Position numbers and translations under genes: made by a program. This document shows positions 36,978 through 48,270 of a DNA stretch of 64,000 nucleotides, in pieces. The notes under the pieces are model-generated. The model made no database searches and was not told the origin of the DNA. It worked only from the letters and a program-made list of their open reading frames with translations. This stretch comes from a virus (taxonomy: Duplodnaviria; Caudoviricetes), in IMG/VR virus record IMGVR_UViG_3300017951_000001, positions 12,255 through 76,254 of that record, one strand, 5' to 3'. How positions within the stretch are numbered: position 1 is the stretch's first letter; every line of letters begins with the position of its first letter.

Positions 36978-37038
36978 CGGTCATCCAATAGCTTGAGTTA
37001 CCTCTATTAGTACCCCTATTATTTGTTAAATTACCACA

Positions 37039-38712
37039 TTAACTTGTGGTATATGTAAACCCACTTTTACCGCCTGCCGGAAGGTCAGGATACAACACCC
37101 AAACTCGCAGTCCTAATGTTACGACTCCCTTGCGGTACGATAACTTTTGGATTGTCGCGGTTACTTCAGACCATCCGAGTTCTGGGTCCGTGAGTTTGAT
37201 GTTATCGCCTAGTTGGTACTTGACTAAAAGAAGTGAACTTGCGTCATATTCGACGTAATAACTCGGCAATGCATAGTGGGCAGCCATCCAATCGACGACA
37301 TATGCAGCGTCTTGTGCGTCATAGATGGTGACAGCTTCGATTGGGTCCATCTCACGCCTGCCGACGTGTTGTTGGCTCAAAGCACACAGAACGCTGTTCG
37401 ATGCATCTCGGTACACATACCCCTCGTATTCGTCTGCCATCGGGTTGTATGCGTACTTCACACTAAACACGTTTAAAACTTCACTTTTCGGTGTTTCTTC
37501 GACCAACGTTGCTCGTGAAGTCAATGGAAATTGTTTTGCTTCAAGGTGAGCGACGTGAAGTCCACTTCGCCGGTCTGTCACGACTGGCCCGTAACCTCCG
37601 CAGGTCCAAGCCATCGTAATCATTGGAAATTCACTACAAATGGTGTTTTCCACGTAATCGAATGCTGTTGCAGAATTCGAAGACCCGCTTCCATTGATTA
37701 GGATTTTGGGGTTGCATGCGGCAATGCGGGCTTGGCTTCTGCCAAACAAGTCTTTGTTGATTCCTCGTCGTCCCATAAGCGTTTGGTTGGAAATCAATTC
37801 TTCGATTGACTCGATGACATCGAACTTTTTATCGTCCACCCGAGTGACCGGAACGTACAGGGTATCTCCGTTATCCCAGGACCCAGTTCCAACACTGAAC
37901 GAGATTTTCAGAAACCGCGTTCCCAAGTTGTCTTCTGTGATGGATGCAGCCCACGGGTAAATGGTGCTTGTGGTGTCCACAGAAGCTCCATTTCGATAAA
38001 TGGCTGTTCCGTCAACCTCGTGTGATCCGCCGCCCATTACTAGAAATGTTCGAAATGAACTGCCATCAAATATGGTAAGTGCAGGAACATACGGGTGGTC
38101 ACCGAGGACAAACGGGTATCTCTTCCCAATTGTTTCGTTAGCAAAACCCAATCGGTCTAATGAAGCAGTATTTTTGGGAATGTAGTATTCTTGCGAGTTA
38201 ACGGGATCCGAAACGTCAAAATCCATGACTTCGCGAGAAGAGGCAAACCGAACACCTCCGTCCATATCACCCCTCATCACAACGAATCGATCTTTGTAGT
38301 CGATTCCTTTGTATTGAAGACTGATTTCAGCCCAACCGGCCAGGATATGGCCTTGGGATATGATTTCGCTCGGTTTGACCAAACGCGAGTCGAGGGACAT
38401 GCTGAATGAACGTTGACTCGCGGTTCCACCGCCCAACGAATATTCGCTATCAATCGCGGGTTCGCCTTGGAGAAGAGGAAGGTAAACGTAATCTTTGCCT
38501 GTTTTTGAATCAGTGCTTTGATGTGGCCGGGTAGAAATCAATACCCGCTTTCCGCCTCCGAAAACGATTTCAATGCACATGAAAACGTTTCGCATGTAAG
38601 GGTCTTTTTGGAGGTAATTATTCCAATTGACCTGCCAATTGCCATTCGGCCCAAATGCTGCATCTTCCCACAGAGAGAAAGCAGGATTTTGGTCTAGGAA
38701 TCGAAGTGGCAT
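37039..38712 (-). CDS. Tail protein (hub/baseplate-like)
   Basis: TAATG-coupled; C-terminal YQLGDNIKLTD..TATIQKLSY typical of tail hub proteins. Confidence 0.6.
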   Translation of the reverse strand: MPLRFLDQNPAFSLWEDAAFGPNGNWQVNWNNYLQKDPYMRNVFMCIEIVFGGGKRVLISTRPHQSTDSKTGKDYVYLPLLQGEPAIDSEYSLGGGTASQRSFSMSLDSRLVKPSEIISQGHILAGWAEISLQYKGIDYKDRFVVMRGDMDGGVRFASSREVMDFDVSDPVNSQEYYIPKNTASLDRLGFANETIGKRYPFVLGDHPYVPALTIFDGSSFRTFLVMGGGSHEVDGTAIYRNGASVDTTSTIYPWAASITEDNLGTRFLKISFSVGTGSWDNGDTLYVPVTRVDDKKFDVIESIEELISNQTLMGRRGINKDLFGRSQARIAACNPKILINGSGSSNSATAFDYVENTICSEFPMITMAWTCGGYGPVVTDRRSGLHVAHLEAKQFPLTSRATLVEETPKSEVLNVFSVKYAYNPMADEYEGYVYRDASNSVLCALSQQHVGRREMDPIEAVTIYDAQDAAYVVDWMAAHYALPSYYVEYDASSLLLVKYQLGDNIKLTDPELGWSEVTATIQKLSYRKGVVTLGLRVWVLYPDLPAGGKSGFTYTTS

Positions 38713-41700
38713 TACAATTCTTCCTCGAACCTCAACCCGGTGTCGCCTACAACATACCATCGCCCGGTGGTCGTATCGTATGCCCACCCTGCGTTATCCA
38801 TGTTGGAACCGCTCTTTACCGTGGCCAACATAAAACTGCTTGAATCTTGCCATGCATTTTGAGTTGCAGCAGCAGACGGGTCGCCGCCGCCCCGCAGAGC
38901 GATGACAAGGGGCACTTCATCGTATGCCGTGAATGTGCGTAGAACGTCCCGTAGAGCGGCCCGTTGACGGTCCCCCGCATCTCCAACCATCTGCGCCGTC
39001 CAAACGCGTTGTGGGGGGCCTTCTGTGTACGCCCAGGACACCGCTCCTCGGGATCGGTATACCGTGGTATTTGGGGCTTCACCGTCGTCGAAAGCCCAAT
39101 CCAACGGAACATGCAGAGGCATTGTGAAACCTGCGATTGCTGTTCCACATTTGCCTTGTTGATTGTCCGATTGCATTCGGTCGAATGTCCACTCAAGCAT
39201 CATGTACCTTCGATTCACGGGGTCGAAGGTAACCATGCCTCTGTCGGTTCGAAGGGTCGCGGCTAATGTTGTGGAAGTTGTTGTTGTAAAGATTGAACTC
39301 CAATCAACCGGAGGATCGAACTCAAGTTGATTGATTGCATCGCCATGGTTGTACTTCACTTTGAAGGTGTCACCATGCGTTCCGTCTCCGAGGTACGGCC
39401 AACTTTCGAATAAATCAACCGTCGGTTCAGTTTGGAAAGTAATGTAGTGATCGAATCGCGGATCATTACTTGCAAACTTCGCCAGGAATGACCCAGCCCA
39501 ATCTTCCCAATTCCAACCGACTCCCTCGATCTTTAACGAGTTGTCAGCAGAAACAATCGTTGCCACGACATCGGCTTGGTGTGGACTCGCGCTCGAAAGG
39601 TGATGGGCTAAACCGAATGTTAAAGCTGCCGATTCGACCCACGGGCCACTCGACGAAGAACTGTACTTGATACGGACAGCGCGAGCATTCGTTCCAAAAA
39701 CAGCGAAAGCATTGTGCCGAAATCGATTCCCCGATTCCCCATATGCTGCATCCCAAATTTGTTGAACCGTCGTCAGCGGAGACGTGCTGGTCGACATATA
39801 ATCTGAAGTCTTCCATGCGTAGGACGGGCTTGGAACACTAAACAAGTTGGAACTGGAGTTTTGATATTCCGGAGTGATTGTGTATTTGTCGGCCTCGAAT
39901 AATCCGCCCCCGCCCAAGGTAACGATTTGCCTGTATGTTGTTTGAACCGGTAGGTTGATGGCTTGTTTTCCGCGCATCTGAAGGTCAACGTTGCTGCCGG
40001 TGACTGTGTTGTAGCCAGAGTTCCAACTGCTTACGTCCATCAGCACATTTGCCATTGTGCTGTTATTGCCCCCATTCCCGGGCAACAACGCTACTCGTTT
40101 CCAACCGACACGGACACTGACGCTCGTGTCAGTGAATACTCCGAATTCAAGGTTTTGATTCGTAATTCCAGAAGCATCAGTGGAAATGGCGTCTTGATTT
40201 GCGAACAACCAATCTTCTGTGCCTAACCGTCTGATGGCTAACGTCCCGAACTCTGCACTCGGACCACCGCCCGAAGGGTAGTAGTCGTATGACCATCGGA
40301 ATTCCCAATAGTTATCAACGAACGGAGTCGAACCATATGTGGCCGTATCCGGAGCGATAGTAAGCAGAATTTTGCCAGCACCGGTTACGCTATGGTCTCG
40401 AACAACAACTTTGTTCTGATCCCACCAACACGCTAACGACACGGCTCCGGAGCCACGCTTTGAGCGCATGCGAAGCCCGATGAACTCGGTTGAACCTGCA
40501 TCCCAAGTATCGAGGGCTCCAATGATAGAAGCGACCCACTCGGCGCAGACCCCGGCTGGTGTTGTGAGTACGGAAGTAGTGTCACCAAACCATTCGAAAG
40601 CGGGTTGTGCACTCGAAGTCGTGAGCGTACTTTGTGTGATGAACTTGTATGTTTGAACATGACCTGTAAATGGAAAGTTGTTCCGGATTCTGGTCCGGTC
40701 AGAACTCCAGTTTGTTGTTCCATTCCCCGTTACAGCTTCCCATGTTCCCGCTGTGGTTTGATACCACGCCCCGCCCGAACCCGAAGGACGTGACCACAAC
40801 GTCTGCCAGTTCGGGGCAAACAACGGGAAATCTCTACCGCCGTAGTAATATCGGTAGGTTGAAGGCACGTAATCATTGATTACGCTTATGTAGTCGCTAA
40901 GCCAACGTTCCCAGATGGGGTTTTTAGACCAACCGCCGATCCGGAAGTAAGCGCAATGTCCAGCACTCCAATCGAATTGTTGCTCCGGAGACTCGGCATC
41001 AGCCAAACCACAAGCGAAAGCAATACTGTTGTCTGCGAGTAAATATCCGTTCCCGTGGTAGGGGAAATAGCGAACTGCGCCTCGAAGCCCAACAATGCCT
41101 AAATGAGTCCAACTCTGATTCGGATCTGAAAAGTCAGATCGACGAGACATTCGGAAAGCAAAACAATGCCACTGCGTGTACGTTTGTGGGCTTGCATCTT
41201 TGGCTTTCCAAATCGCGTCTGTACTGGAACCTAATGCTGCCGTATTACCCCAACCGTGGAGGTACACATAGTCAGCACTTCTCATTAAGTACAATCTTTG
41301 GTACAACACGGCTGCGCCAAGGTTGATTAACATGCCCGTGTTTTGAGCAAAATCCTCATTACCCGTCGCATAGTACGAGTAGATGATGCTGTCGCCACCA
41401 TGGACAAACACAAAGCTGCCGCCTGCGTCCCCCACTCCAACCATGTCGTAAAAACGCCTATCACCACCATAATCGCCGGGTTGTCCGTAGTATCCGACGA
41501 TTTCTAGTGACTTTGGCGTACCGATTTCCCGCCACGTAGCCCCACGGTCTCCGGAACCACAAAACCCGAAGTACCATTTTGCTTCATCGGCATCGAATTC
41601 AGTCCAAACGATTCGGATATATCCTGCACTTTCGGCAACCCGAAGACAAAAGGGCCGAAACGAACGATCAATAAACCTCGAAATGATTCGAGAAGCAACC

Positions 41701-42515
41701 AACGACCAGTTCAAACCATCGTCGCTGTGGTAGACATCAATATCATCGCTGACTCGGACGATTAAGCGCATCGCCCCGTCAGGCAAAACCACCACGCCCA
41801 AACTGCAAAGCGGATCTGCATGATTATCGATGGATTGGACTCGGAAAGTCGCATATGACCAATCGCCATCGTCCGAACCGGAATCAGGATTTGCCCCTTC
41901 CCATCGGGAATCTGCATATCGATATGCAACCTGAACTTTGTTTGAATCGCTGCTGCTCGCAGAACCCAACGAGCAATAAATAAACTCCCGTCGGAGAATC
42001 GGATTATAGCAACCCGTTAACCCGTAGCCGTTTATGTTTGTCGGGCTTCCAGTTCTGTCTTCTGCGAAGATCGAGTCTTCTGAATGCCAACGCCTATCGT
42101 CTGGTTCACCCCTGTAGTTGGTACTACTCGGGTTATCGGGTACGTTGCCTGCGGTGTATGACGTTGTCTCGGATTCATCAGAGAACTTCCAGACCCATCG
42201 GCTCCCATCGGCCATACCACCGGAGCCAACGATCAAAACGTCCTGTTTGTCTAACCGTCGAGCAGGTGAACCTTCAATCAAGTTCGAAGGTTGGGGCGCA
42301 CCCGAAGACGATACGGTTCCCGCCCCTTCATTTGTTGAATTAGGAACACCCGGCCCAGGAATTAACCCAGCTTCGCCGCGAGTTCTCACGCTATCGCCAA
42401 ACGTAGCCGCGAGCGTCCCATCAGTCAGAGTCGTTGAAACCAGTTTTTGCCGGTCTTCAAGTGTTCTGTCCGGAAGGATGACAAAAGCTTTGGGGTCGCC
42501 TCTGTAAGCCATCAA
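38712..42515 (-). CDS. Large tail/baseplate protein with Asp-box (BNR-like) repeats
   Basis: 1267 aa after the TMP; YHSDDGLNW, SGDRGATW; C-terminal distal-tail-like region. Confidence 0.65.
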   Translation of the reverse strand: MMAYRGDPKAFVILPDRTLEDRQKLVSTTLTDGTLAATFGDSVRTRGEAGLIPGPGVPNSTNEGAGTVSSSGAPQPSNLIEGSPARRLDKQDVLIVGSGGMADGSRWVWKFSDESETTSYTAGNVPDNPSSTNYRGEPDDRRWHSEDSIFAEDRTGSPTNINGYGLTGCYNPILRREFIYCSLGSASSSDSNKVQVAYRYADSRWEGANPDSGSDDGDWSYATFRVQSIDNHADPLCSLGVVVLPDGAMRLIVRVSDDIDVYHSDDGLNWSLVASRIISRFIDRSFRPFCLRVAESAGYIRIVWTEFDADEAKWYFGFCGSGDRGATWREIGTPKSLEIVGYYGQPGDYGGDRRFYDMVGVGDAGGSFVFVHGGDSIIYSYYATGNEDFAQNTGMLINLGAAVLYQRLYLMRSADYVYLHGWGNTAALGSSTDAIWKAKDASPQTYTQWHCFAFRMSRRSDFSDPNQSWTHLGIVGLRGAVRYFPYHGNGYLLADNSIAFACGLADAESPEQQFDWSAGHCAYFRIGGWSKNPIWERWLSDYISVINDYVPSTYRYYYGGRDFPLFAPNWQTLWSRPSGSGGAWYQTTAGTWEAVTGNGTTNWSSDRTRIRNNFPFTGHVQTYKFITQSTLTTSSAQPAFEWFGDTTSVLTTPAGVCAEWVASIIGALDTWDAGSTEFIGLRMRSKRGSGAVSLACWWDQNKVVVRDHSVTGAGKILLTIAPDTATYGSTPFVDNYWEFRWSYDYYPSGGGPSAEFGTLAIRRLGTEDWLFANQDAISTDASGITNQNLEFGVFTDTSVSVRVGWKRVALLPGNGGNNSTMANVLMDVSSWNSGYNTVTGSNVDLQMRGKQAINLPVQTTYRQIVTLGGGGLFEADKYTITPEYQNSSSNLFSVPSPSYAWKTSDYMSTSTSPLTTVQQIWDAAYGESGNRFRHNAFAVFGTNARAVRIKYSSSSSGPWVESAALTFGLAHHLSSASPHQADVVATIVSADNSLKIEGVGWNWEDWAGSFLAKFASNDPRFDHYITFQTEPTVDLFESWPYLGDGTHGDTFKVKYNHGDAINQLEFDPPVDWSSIFTTTTSTTLAATLRTDRGMVTFDPVNRRYMMLEWTFDRMQSDNQQGKCGTAIAGFTMPLHVPLDWAFDDGEAPNTTVYRSRGAVSWAYTEGPPQRVWTAQMVGDAGDRQRAALRDVLRTFTAYDEVPLVIALRGGGDPSAAATQNAWQDSSSFMLATVKSGSNMDNAGWAYDTTTGRWYVVGDTGLRFEEEL

Positions 42516-45500
42516 TCTCTCCCGTAACGGTTAAACCTGCCCCGTTCGAATCCCACTGTAACACCCGAGGCTTTCTTTAGTTTTCTTTCTAGCTTTGGAG
42601 CATGGCCCCGGTCCATGGCTGTGACAGTAACCGCGTCTAACAACCGCCCTTCCGCCATGATTGCAATATCGATGGGGGCTCCGCCTCCCATCGTTGAGAT
42701 TCCGGGGGTTGCTTGGTTTGCGCTCGGGCCAACAGGCGCAGCCATGCGACGGCGGTTTTCCTGGGCGGAAATAATCGCTTCGCCTTTGTGTACGGTAACA
42801 AGGCGGTTGGACGGAATGTAGTCGATCCCGGAGTACGCATTGAGACCGACGAAACCCGCTAATTTGTCAACGTAATCTCCAATCATTCCTCCAGTACCTT
42901 CCCCGTCTTTTCCGCTGCCTTGGAAAATGTTCTTGATACCCTTGAATGCTCTACTGAATATGTCTTTGAAAATCTGAACAAGCTCTTCGAAAGCTTCCCT
43001 TAAACCCTTGAAAATTGCTTTGATTATCTCAAGTCCGATTTGCGGAAGCTTGAAGATGACTTCTTCCACCAAGGCTTTGACCAAGGCGACAGCAATTTCC
43101 GGAATTCTGGTTATGATTTCAACGAAGATTCTTGGAATCGCAACAATAACTGCGGTGATGATTTCATCAATGCTGTTGACGAATGCCAGGATAATATCGG
43201 GAATTGCTCCAATGATTGCGGAAATCACATCAGGAAGCATCCCGATGATTGCTCCGATCAAATCCGGAAGCAATTCAATTATGCTTGCTATGAGAAGTGG
43301 AAGTTGTTCCACCAATGTTGTTGCTAAAGACAATATTCCTTCAACAATAGCCATTACGATTGTTGGAAGGTTGTCGATGAAAGCTTTGATGATTTTGGGT
43401 ACGGCCTTGACCAGAGCCTTCACAATGTTATCGACGCCGCTAATCAATGCTTCAATGACGTCGGGAAGCGCGGCAACCAACGCGTCGATAATGTCAGGCA
43501 ATACCCGTACAATATTAGCGACGCCTTCTGTGATTACCCGAATCACTTCTGGCAGTGCTCGTACAATGGCATTGATCACCATTGGGAGCGCATCAATCAA
43601 AGCTTGAATCAGTACATCGAGGGCATCCAACAACTCGCGCAGAAGTTCGGGAAGTGCTCTGCGAACAAAATGCACGAAGATATTCGCTAAATGCGGAATT
43701 GCATCTGCGACCCCTTCAATGAGAAGGGGAATGCCTTCCACCAATACGTTGATTAGCCTTGGAAGCTCATTTGATACACGCTCGGCCAGAATCGGAATGG
43801 CCTCCGATACCCGTTCGAACATCGCTGGCAATTTGTCAGCCAATGCATCCAGCATTGACGGCAGAGCCACGATTAGTTGTTCGGTGAATCGAGCCGCACC
43901 GAGGATTAAATCCTTAACGAATGCTCTCGCTGCTTCTGCGGCATCGAAAGCTGACAAAGCAACAAATGCATTCTCGTATTCTTGTGCAGTGATGGACCCA
44001 CGAGCTAACGCTTCATCGATCTCCAAAATCGCTGCTTCAGCTTCATTAGCTGAATCGATGACGGCTGACATTCCATCTTGGATGGAGAAAGTAAAACCGC
44101 CAGTCATAAACGAGAAAACGTCTTTGATGGCTCCGACCGTCTTTTTGACGACCTTCTGAATGGTTCCAGAAACCGTTTCAGCGATGGACGTCGCCGTGTC
44201 GGCAACACCCTTCAGAGCTTCAAGAGAAGCCTTCTGCCTTTCTTTGGAAGTCTTCTTCTCTAACTCTGCAATCTTTCTGTTGTAGTGCGCTGTAATCTTG
44301 GCTTTTTCTTCTTCCGAAGCTTCTGCGTAATCAACAAGTTTGTCGGCAAGTTGTTGTTCCAACCTTGCTCGCTGCCGAAGCATATCGGCTTGCTCGCGGA
44401 GAAATTTTGCCAGTTTCTTGTTCTTCGTCTTCGAAGCACGATCTTCCAACGCCGCAGATTGTTCGGTTTCGAAGTTGGTTAACTCGATGATTTCCCTGGT
44501 AATTTTCTCTTTTTCTTTCAACGCCCTCTGATCGAACAACTCATTGATTCTTGCTTTTTGAGCTTCCGTTGCTTCGGAATGCTCTGCAAGCATTTTCATC
44601 CGATCGATTTCAATCTTCATCAAGCGAGCGCCGCGCGCAGTGGCAGCTTCAATCGCCATATTTTCGATTTGTTGCTCGATAGCTTGGAAGATGGCTCGCC
44701 GTGCCATCTGCCTTTCCAACTCATGCCGAGCTTCAATATCCGAAATCGCTTGTTGTCTTTTCGCAACAACAACGAGGTATGGAACAGTGCCGGCTTGATA
44801 CAGGGCTAGTTCGTCATCGAAAGATCTCTTTGCTTCTTCCAACTCTTTCTTGTAAGCGGCTTCTGTGATAGCTGCCGCATCGTCTCTGAATCTGTTTCTC
44901 GCTTCAATCAGGGCTTCAGCCTGTTCGCGCATGAATTCAGACGTTTCTTTCGCCTCCCGATTCCGGAACGTATCGAGAATTTGTTGTTCAGTTTCAGCCC
45001 GTTGGCGAAGCAAATCGGCCCTTGCTTGGCTGTTTTCTGCGAGTAACGCAAGTTCATCGGCATATGCTTTTCGCGTTGCTGCGATGGCGTTCTCAAATTC
45101 AATGCGAATGAGTTCGGCTTCGTCTGCTCGCGACTTGCGAAGTTCATTTGCCGCTTTCTCTTGAGCTTTGATTCGCTTCTTTTGAGCATTCTCAAACTCG
45201 CGCGCAGCTTCTTGCGACTGGCGAGCCAACTCCTCTGCATCTCGTTGTTCATCACGGGAGATTTTCTTACGTTCAATCGAACGCCTATGATTTTCGGCTG
45301 CAATTGCATTTGCGAACGTCTGGAATCTTTGTTGAAGATCCCTTTCTTTCTTGTACGCATCGTCCCGGTACACTGAAAGTTCTTGGTATGAATCGGCAAC
45401 TCTCTTTAGTTGTCCCGTCACAGTGTCTTTGATGAAGAACCCGGAGCCATGTTCATCAACGTCTTCGAAAGCATGAGCAAGTTCTGTAGCTTTTTGGCTA

Positions 45501-47434
45501 GCCTGATCGGCTTGGACTTGGAACGTTCCCAACCGTTCCATCATCTTCGCCATAGCTTTTTGAGAACCATCGACGCCCTGTTCGGCCAATTCAAAGGCGT
45601 CTGCAACACTCATCACGATTTCATTTCCGTCAAACAATGCTCGGAAATGAGTACCAGCCGCAGTGCCGGCAGCGATTTCATGCGCCGTTAACGAACGAAC
45701 GTTCTCAATAGTCTTTTCAAGTGACCTGTTTAGCTTGCCCTGCGTAGCAAGCCGGTCTTCCATGATTCGAAGGAAGATTTGATTTGCGTTTTGTTCTGAT
45801 TGCGCCCTCTCCAACAGAACTTTTCGCCGGTACTCGTCGCGTTCTGCTAGCTTGTCTTGTGTTAACGCAAACCTTTCTGTTACTTCGGAAGCTTCGCGCG
45901 TCAGGTAAATGTAACCGCCAATGGTTGCGACAAAAGCTCCGAGGGCTAACACAAGGGCATAAATACCACCGGTTGCTGTAGTGATCGTTCCAGCTAAAGC
46001 TGCGATTGCACCGGACAGACCGGTGACTCCAACCTTCATGCCAACAACTGTGGCAATCGCTAACTTAACAGAAACAACGAATTGTTGGACTTTGATCGCA
46101 ACGAATGTCGCAGCGATTAAAACACCAACCTTCTCCAGCAGAGGCAACATGGTGGATAAGATAGAAACAACTCTACTTAAACCATCTACAAAGTTAACAA
46201 AAGTATTTGCGATCTGAATCCGGTTCGATTCCAACCACTCCGTAATTGACTCTAAAATAGAACCGAAAGAATCGGCCATATTGTCGCTTTCTTTGTTGAA
46301 AACAAAAGCGGTGTGTTGAATGACTTTCGAAAGGGTCGTTAACAATTTCTTGAGTGGTTCAGCGTAAGTCATAAATACGCTCAACATCAATTCTTCGAGA
46401 GCCGAGATAACGATTTGGAACTGTGATTTCACAGTGTCCAACATCATTTCATACGTTTCTTCTGCGCTTCCAGCAGAGTTTTCGAGTGCATCCAACAATT
46501 CAAAATAGTTGGCTTGCCCGTCTCGGAATTGCTCCGCAATGCTTGAAATATTCGCACCAGCGCGAACACCGAAGACGTCCATCATATCTGATGCTTTCAG
46601 CCCAGCATCAGCGACGGTTTGCATGATTTCCCCGAAAGTATGAAGTTCCGGGTTAATGTCTTTCTGCGTTAGCCCGTACCGGGCTAGTGCTCGTTCCCCC
46701 TTTGCTGTTACTTTCGCGGCTTGACTCATTGCCATGCGAAAGTTTGTTCCAGCCATCGATCCTTCAAGACCGAGGTTACGGAACTGCGCAACTGCCGCCG
46801 TCGTCTCTTCGAGCGACATACCAAATGCAGCACCGACAGAGCCCGCGTATTTCATGGCTTCCGTCAAACTGCTCATGTCGAAAAGTGAGGCTCGAAGCGT
46901 TTCGTTAAACACATCGGCTACGCGATTCGACTCGCTGCTGTGCATGTTGAACTGTGCCATTGTCGCGGCCAACAACGACGTGCTTTGGGACATTTCAGCC
47001 CCAGCAGCACCAGCCAACATGAGTGCGGGTCCACTCACGTCCATGATTTCGTTTGTACGAAGACCCGCACGCGCAAGGTCCTGCATTGCATCGGCAGCTT
47101 GCGTTGCCGTGTATTGGGTGCTCGCGCCTAATTCTCTCGCTTTCTTCGTAAGTGCTTCTAATCCATTTACGCCATCCACCGCAACGGCAGCGACTTTTGT
47201 AATGGATTGTTCGAAATCAGCGCCAACCAAAGTCGACTTGACACCGAACGCAGTAATCGCGGCATTCGCCGCCATGAAACTGCCAACGAGAACTTTCTGA
47301 ATACTGTTCCCGAATTTGTTGATTCGGTTGTTGAACTTGAGGAGATTGCTTTCTGCGTTTTCGACAGCCTTTGAAAACTGCGCATCTTGAAGGAGCAACT
47401 GGATTGTCAGTTTGCCGATATTCTGGTTAGCCAT
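42512..47434 (-). CDS. Tape measure protein (TP901-type core)
   Basis: FEQSITKVAA..ARELGASTQYTATQAADAMQDLARAG; long helical and amphipathic repeats; 1640 aa. Confidence 0.95.
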   Translation of the reverse strand: MANQNIGKLTIQLLLQDAQFSKAVENAESNLLKFNNRINKFGNSIQKVLVGSFMAANAAITAFGVKSTLVGADFEQSITKVAAVAVDGVNGLEALTKKARELGASTQYTATQAADAMQDLARAGLRTNEIMDVSGPALMLAGAAGAEMSQSTSLLAATMAQFNMHSSESNRVADVFNETLRASLFDMSSLTEAMKYAGSVGAAFGMSLEETTAAVAQFRNLGLEGSMAGTNFRMAMSQAAKVTAKGERALARYGLTQKDINPELHTFGEIMQTVADAGLKASDMMDVFGVRAGANISSIAEQFRDGQANYFELLDALENSAGSAEETYEMMLDTVKSQFQIVISALEELMLSVFMTYAEPLKKLLTTLSKVIQHTAFVFNKESDNMADSFGSILESITEWLESNRIQIANTFVNFVDGLSRVVSILSTMLPLLEKVGVLIAATFVAIKVQQFVVSVKLAIATVVGMKVGVTGLSGAIAALAGTITTATGGIYALVLALGAFVATIGGYIYLTREASEVTERFALTQDKLAERDEYRRKVLLERAQSEQNANQIFLRIMEDRLATQGKLNRSLEKTIENVRSLTAHEIAAGTAAGTHFRALFDGNEIVMSVADAFELAEQGVDGSQKAMAKMMERLGTFQVQADQASQKATELAHAFEDVDEHGSGFFIKDTVTGQLKRVADSYQELSVYRDDAYKKERDLQQRFQTFANAIAAENHRRSIERKKISRDEQRDAEELARQSQEAAREFENAQKKRIKAQEKAANELRKSRADEAELIRIEFENAIAATRKAYADELALLAENSQARADLLRQRAETEQQILDTFRNREAKETSEFMREQAEALIEARNRFRDDAAAITEAAYKKELEEAKRSFDDELALYQAGTVPYLVVVAKRQQAISDIEARHELERQMARRAIFQAIEQQIENMAIEAATARGARLMKIEIDRMKMLAEHSEATEAQKARINELFDQRALKEKEKITREIIELTNFETEQSAALEDRASKTKNKKLAKFLREQADMLRQRARLEQQLADKLVDYAEASEEEKAKITAHYNRKIAELEKKTSKERQKASLEALKGVADTATSIAETVSGTIQKVVKKTVGAIKDVFSFMTGGFTFSIQDGMSAVIDSANEAEAAILEIDEALARGSITAQEYENAFVALSAFDAAEAARAFVKDLILGAARFTEQLIVALPSMLDALADKLPAMFERVSEAIPILAERVSNELPRLINVLVEGIPLLIEGVADAIPHLANIFVHFVRRALPELLRELLDALDVLIQALIDALPMVINAIVRALPEVIRVITEGVANIVRVLPDIIDALVAALPDVIEALISGVDNIVKALVKAVPKIIKAFIDNLPTIVMAIVEGILSLATTLVEQLPLLIASIIELLPDLIGAIIGMLPDVISAIIGAIPDIILAFVNSIDEIITAVIVAIPRIFVEIITRIPEIAVALVKALVEEVIFKLPQIGLEIIKAIFKGLREAFEELVQIFKDIFSRAFKGIKNIFQGSGKDGEGTGGMIGDYVDKLAGFVGLNAYSGIDYIPSNRLVTVHKGEAIISAQENRRRMAAPVGPSANQATPGISTMGGGAPIDIAIMAEGRLLDAVTVTAMDRGHAPKLERKLKKASGVTVGFERGRFNRYGRD

Positions 47435-47470
47435 CGTTACTCCATTTGGGCTAGCTACATTCTATCTTAT

Positions 47471-47737
47471 TTAGATAGTTTCAACACCGAAGCCAGCAGC
47501 AGAAATGTTGAACATCATCTCTGCATCTTTCGACTCCTCATTTTTATCCTTCTTATCTTTCGATATTCGGGATTTTTTATATTTGCTTCCAAGTGCGCCC
47601 AGCACCGGCTCTGCTACCAAATTGATCATGCTGACTTTATGCATCAACACGCATTCGGAAGCAAAACCGATCTGATCCCAAGTCAAATCAAGAACTTGGT
47701 CCATTGTCCATCCAGAAGAAAACAAAGAACCAAACAT
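47471..47737 (-). CDS. Tail assembly chaperone, frameshift-accessed T part
   Basis: GWTMDQVLDLTWDQI; lies in the -1 frame of the upstream chaperone. Confidence 0.7.
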   Translation of the reverse strand: MFGSLFSSGWTMDQVLDLTWDQIGFASECVLMHKVSMINLVAEPVLGALGSKYKKSRISKDKKDKNEESKDAEMMFNISAAGFGVETI

Positions 47738-47754
47738 TTCCTTGATCTGAACCG

Positions 47755-48237
47755 TTACATCGCCCCGCCCAGAGCCGTCATCGCGCTCCCGGTTCTCTTC
47801 GCGAGGCGAACGAACAAAGGGGCAATTGCTGCCACCAATTCTTCGATGGCGAACAGATCCGAAGCATCAATCACATCGATGCCAGCTTTGTTGCCGTTCT
47901 CAAGGGCTGCGTTGTATGCCTGGGGGTGAGCCGTCATAAACATGCGAGCCAACGCATCGACGACTTGTGGGTCTTGAGCCAAATTCAGAAGAATGCCGAC
48001 GATGCCCAAAGCTCCAGTGACATTCATATCGATATTCACTGCCGGCAACGATTTTACTTCATCGATTAACCGCATAATCTCAATTTGCTTCCGAGCACTT
48101 ACGCTGCCAGAAACAATGTGCTCCTCGCCCGTTACGTCAGTAATCACAACGGATTTGACTGGAACAAGAGTTTCAATAAGCTTTTTGAGATCCAACTCTT
48201 CTTCGTTTTGATTCACTTCGACCTGGTTTTCAGACAT
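47755..48237 (-). CDS. Tail assembly chaperone (G)
   Basis: Position between tail tube and TMP; slippery heptamer near the 3' end. Confidence 0.75.
   Translation of the reverse strand: MSENQVEVNQNEEELDLKKLIETLVPVKSVVITDVTGEEHIVSGSVSARKQIEIMRLIDEVKSLPAVNIDMNVTGALGIVGILLNLAQDPQVVDALARMFMTAHPQAYNAALENGNKAGIDVIDASDLFAIEELVAAIAPLFVRLAKRTGSAMTALGGAM
47815..47821 (-). promoter_or_regulatory. -1 programmed ribosomal frameshift site C CCT TTG
   Basis: XXXYYYZ heptamer in the correct phase; -1 frame open without stops into ORF 47471-47737. Confidence 0.7.
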
Positions 48238-48270
48238 TGCACCTCCAAGGCGTCTGCGTCATGGTAACAC

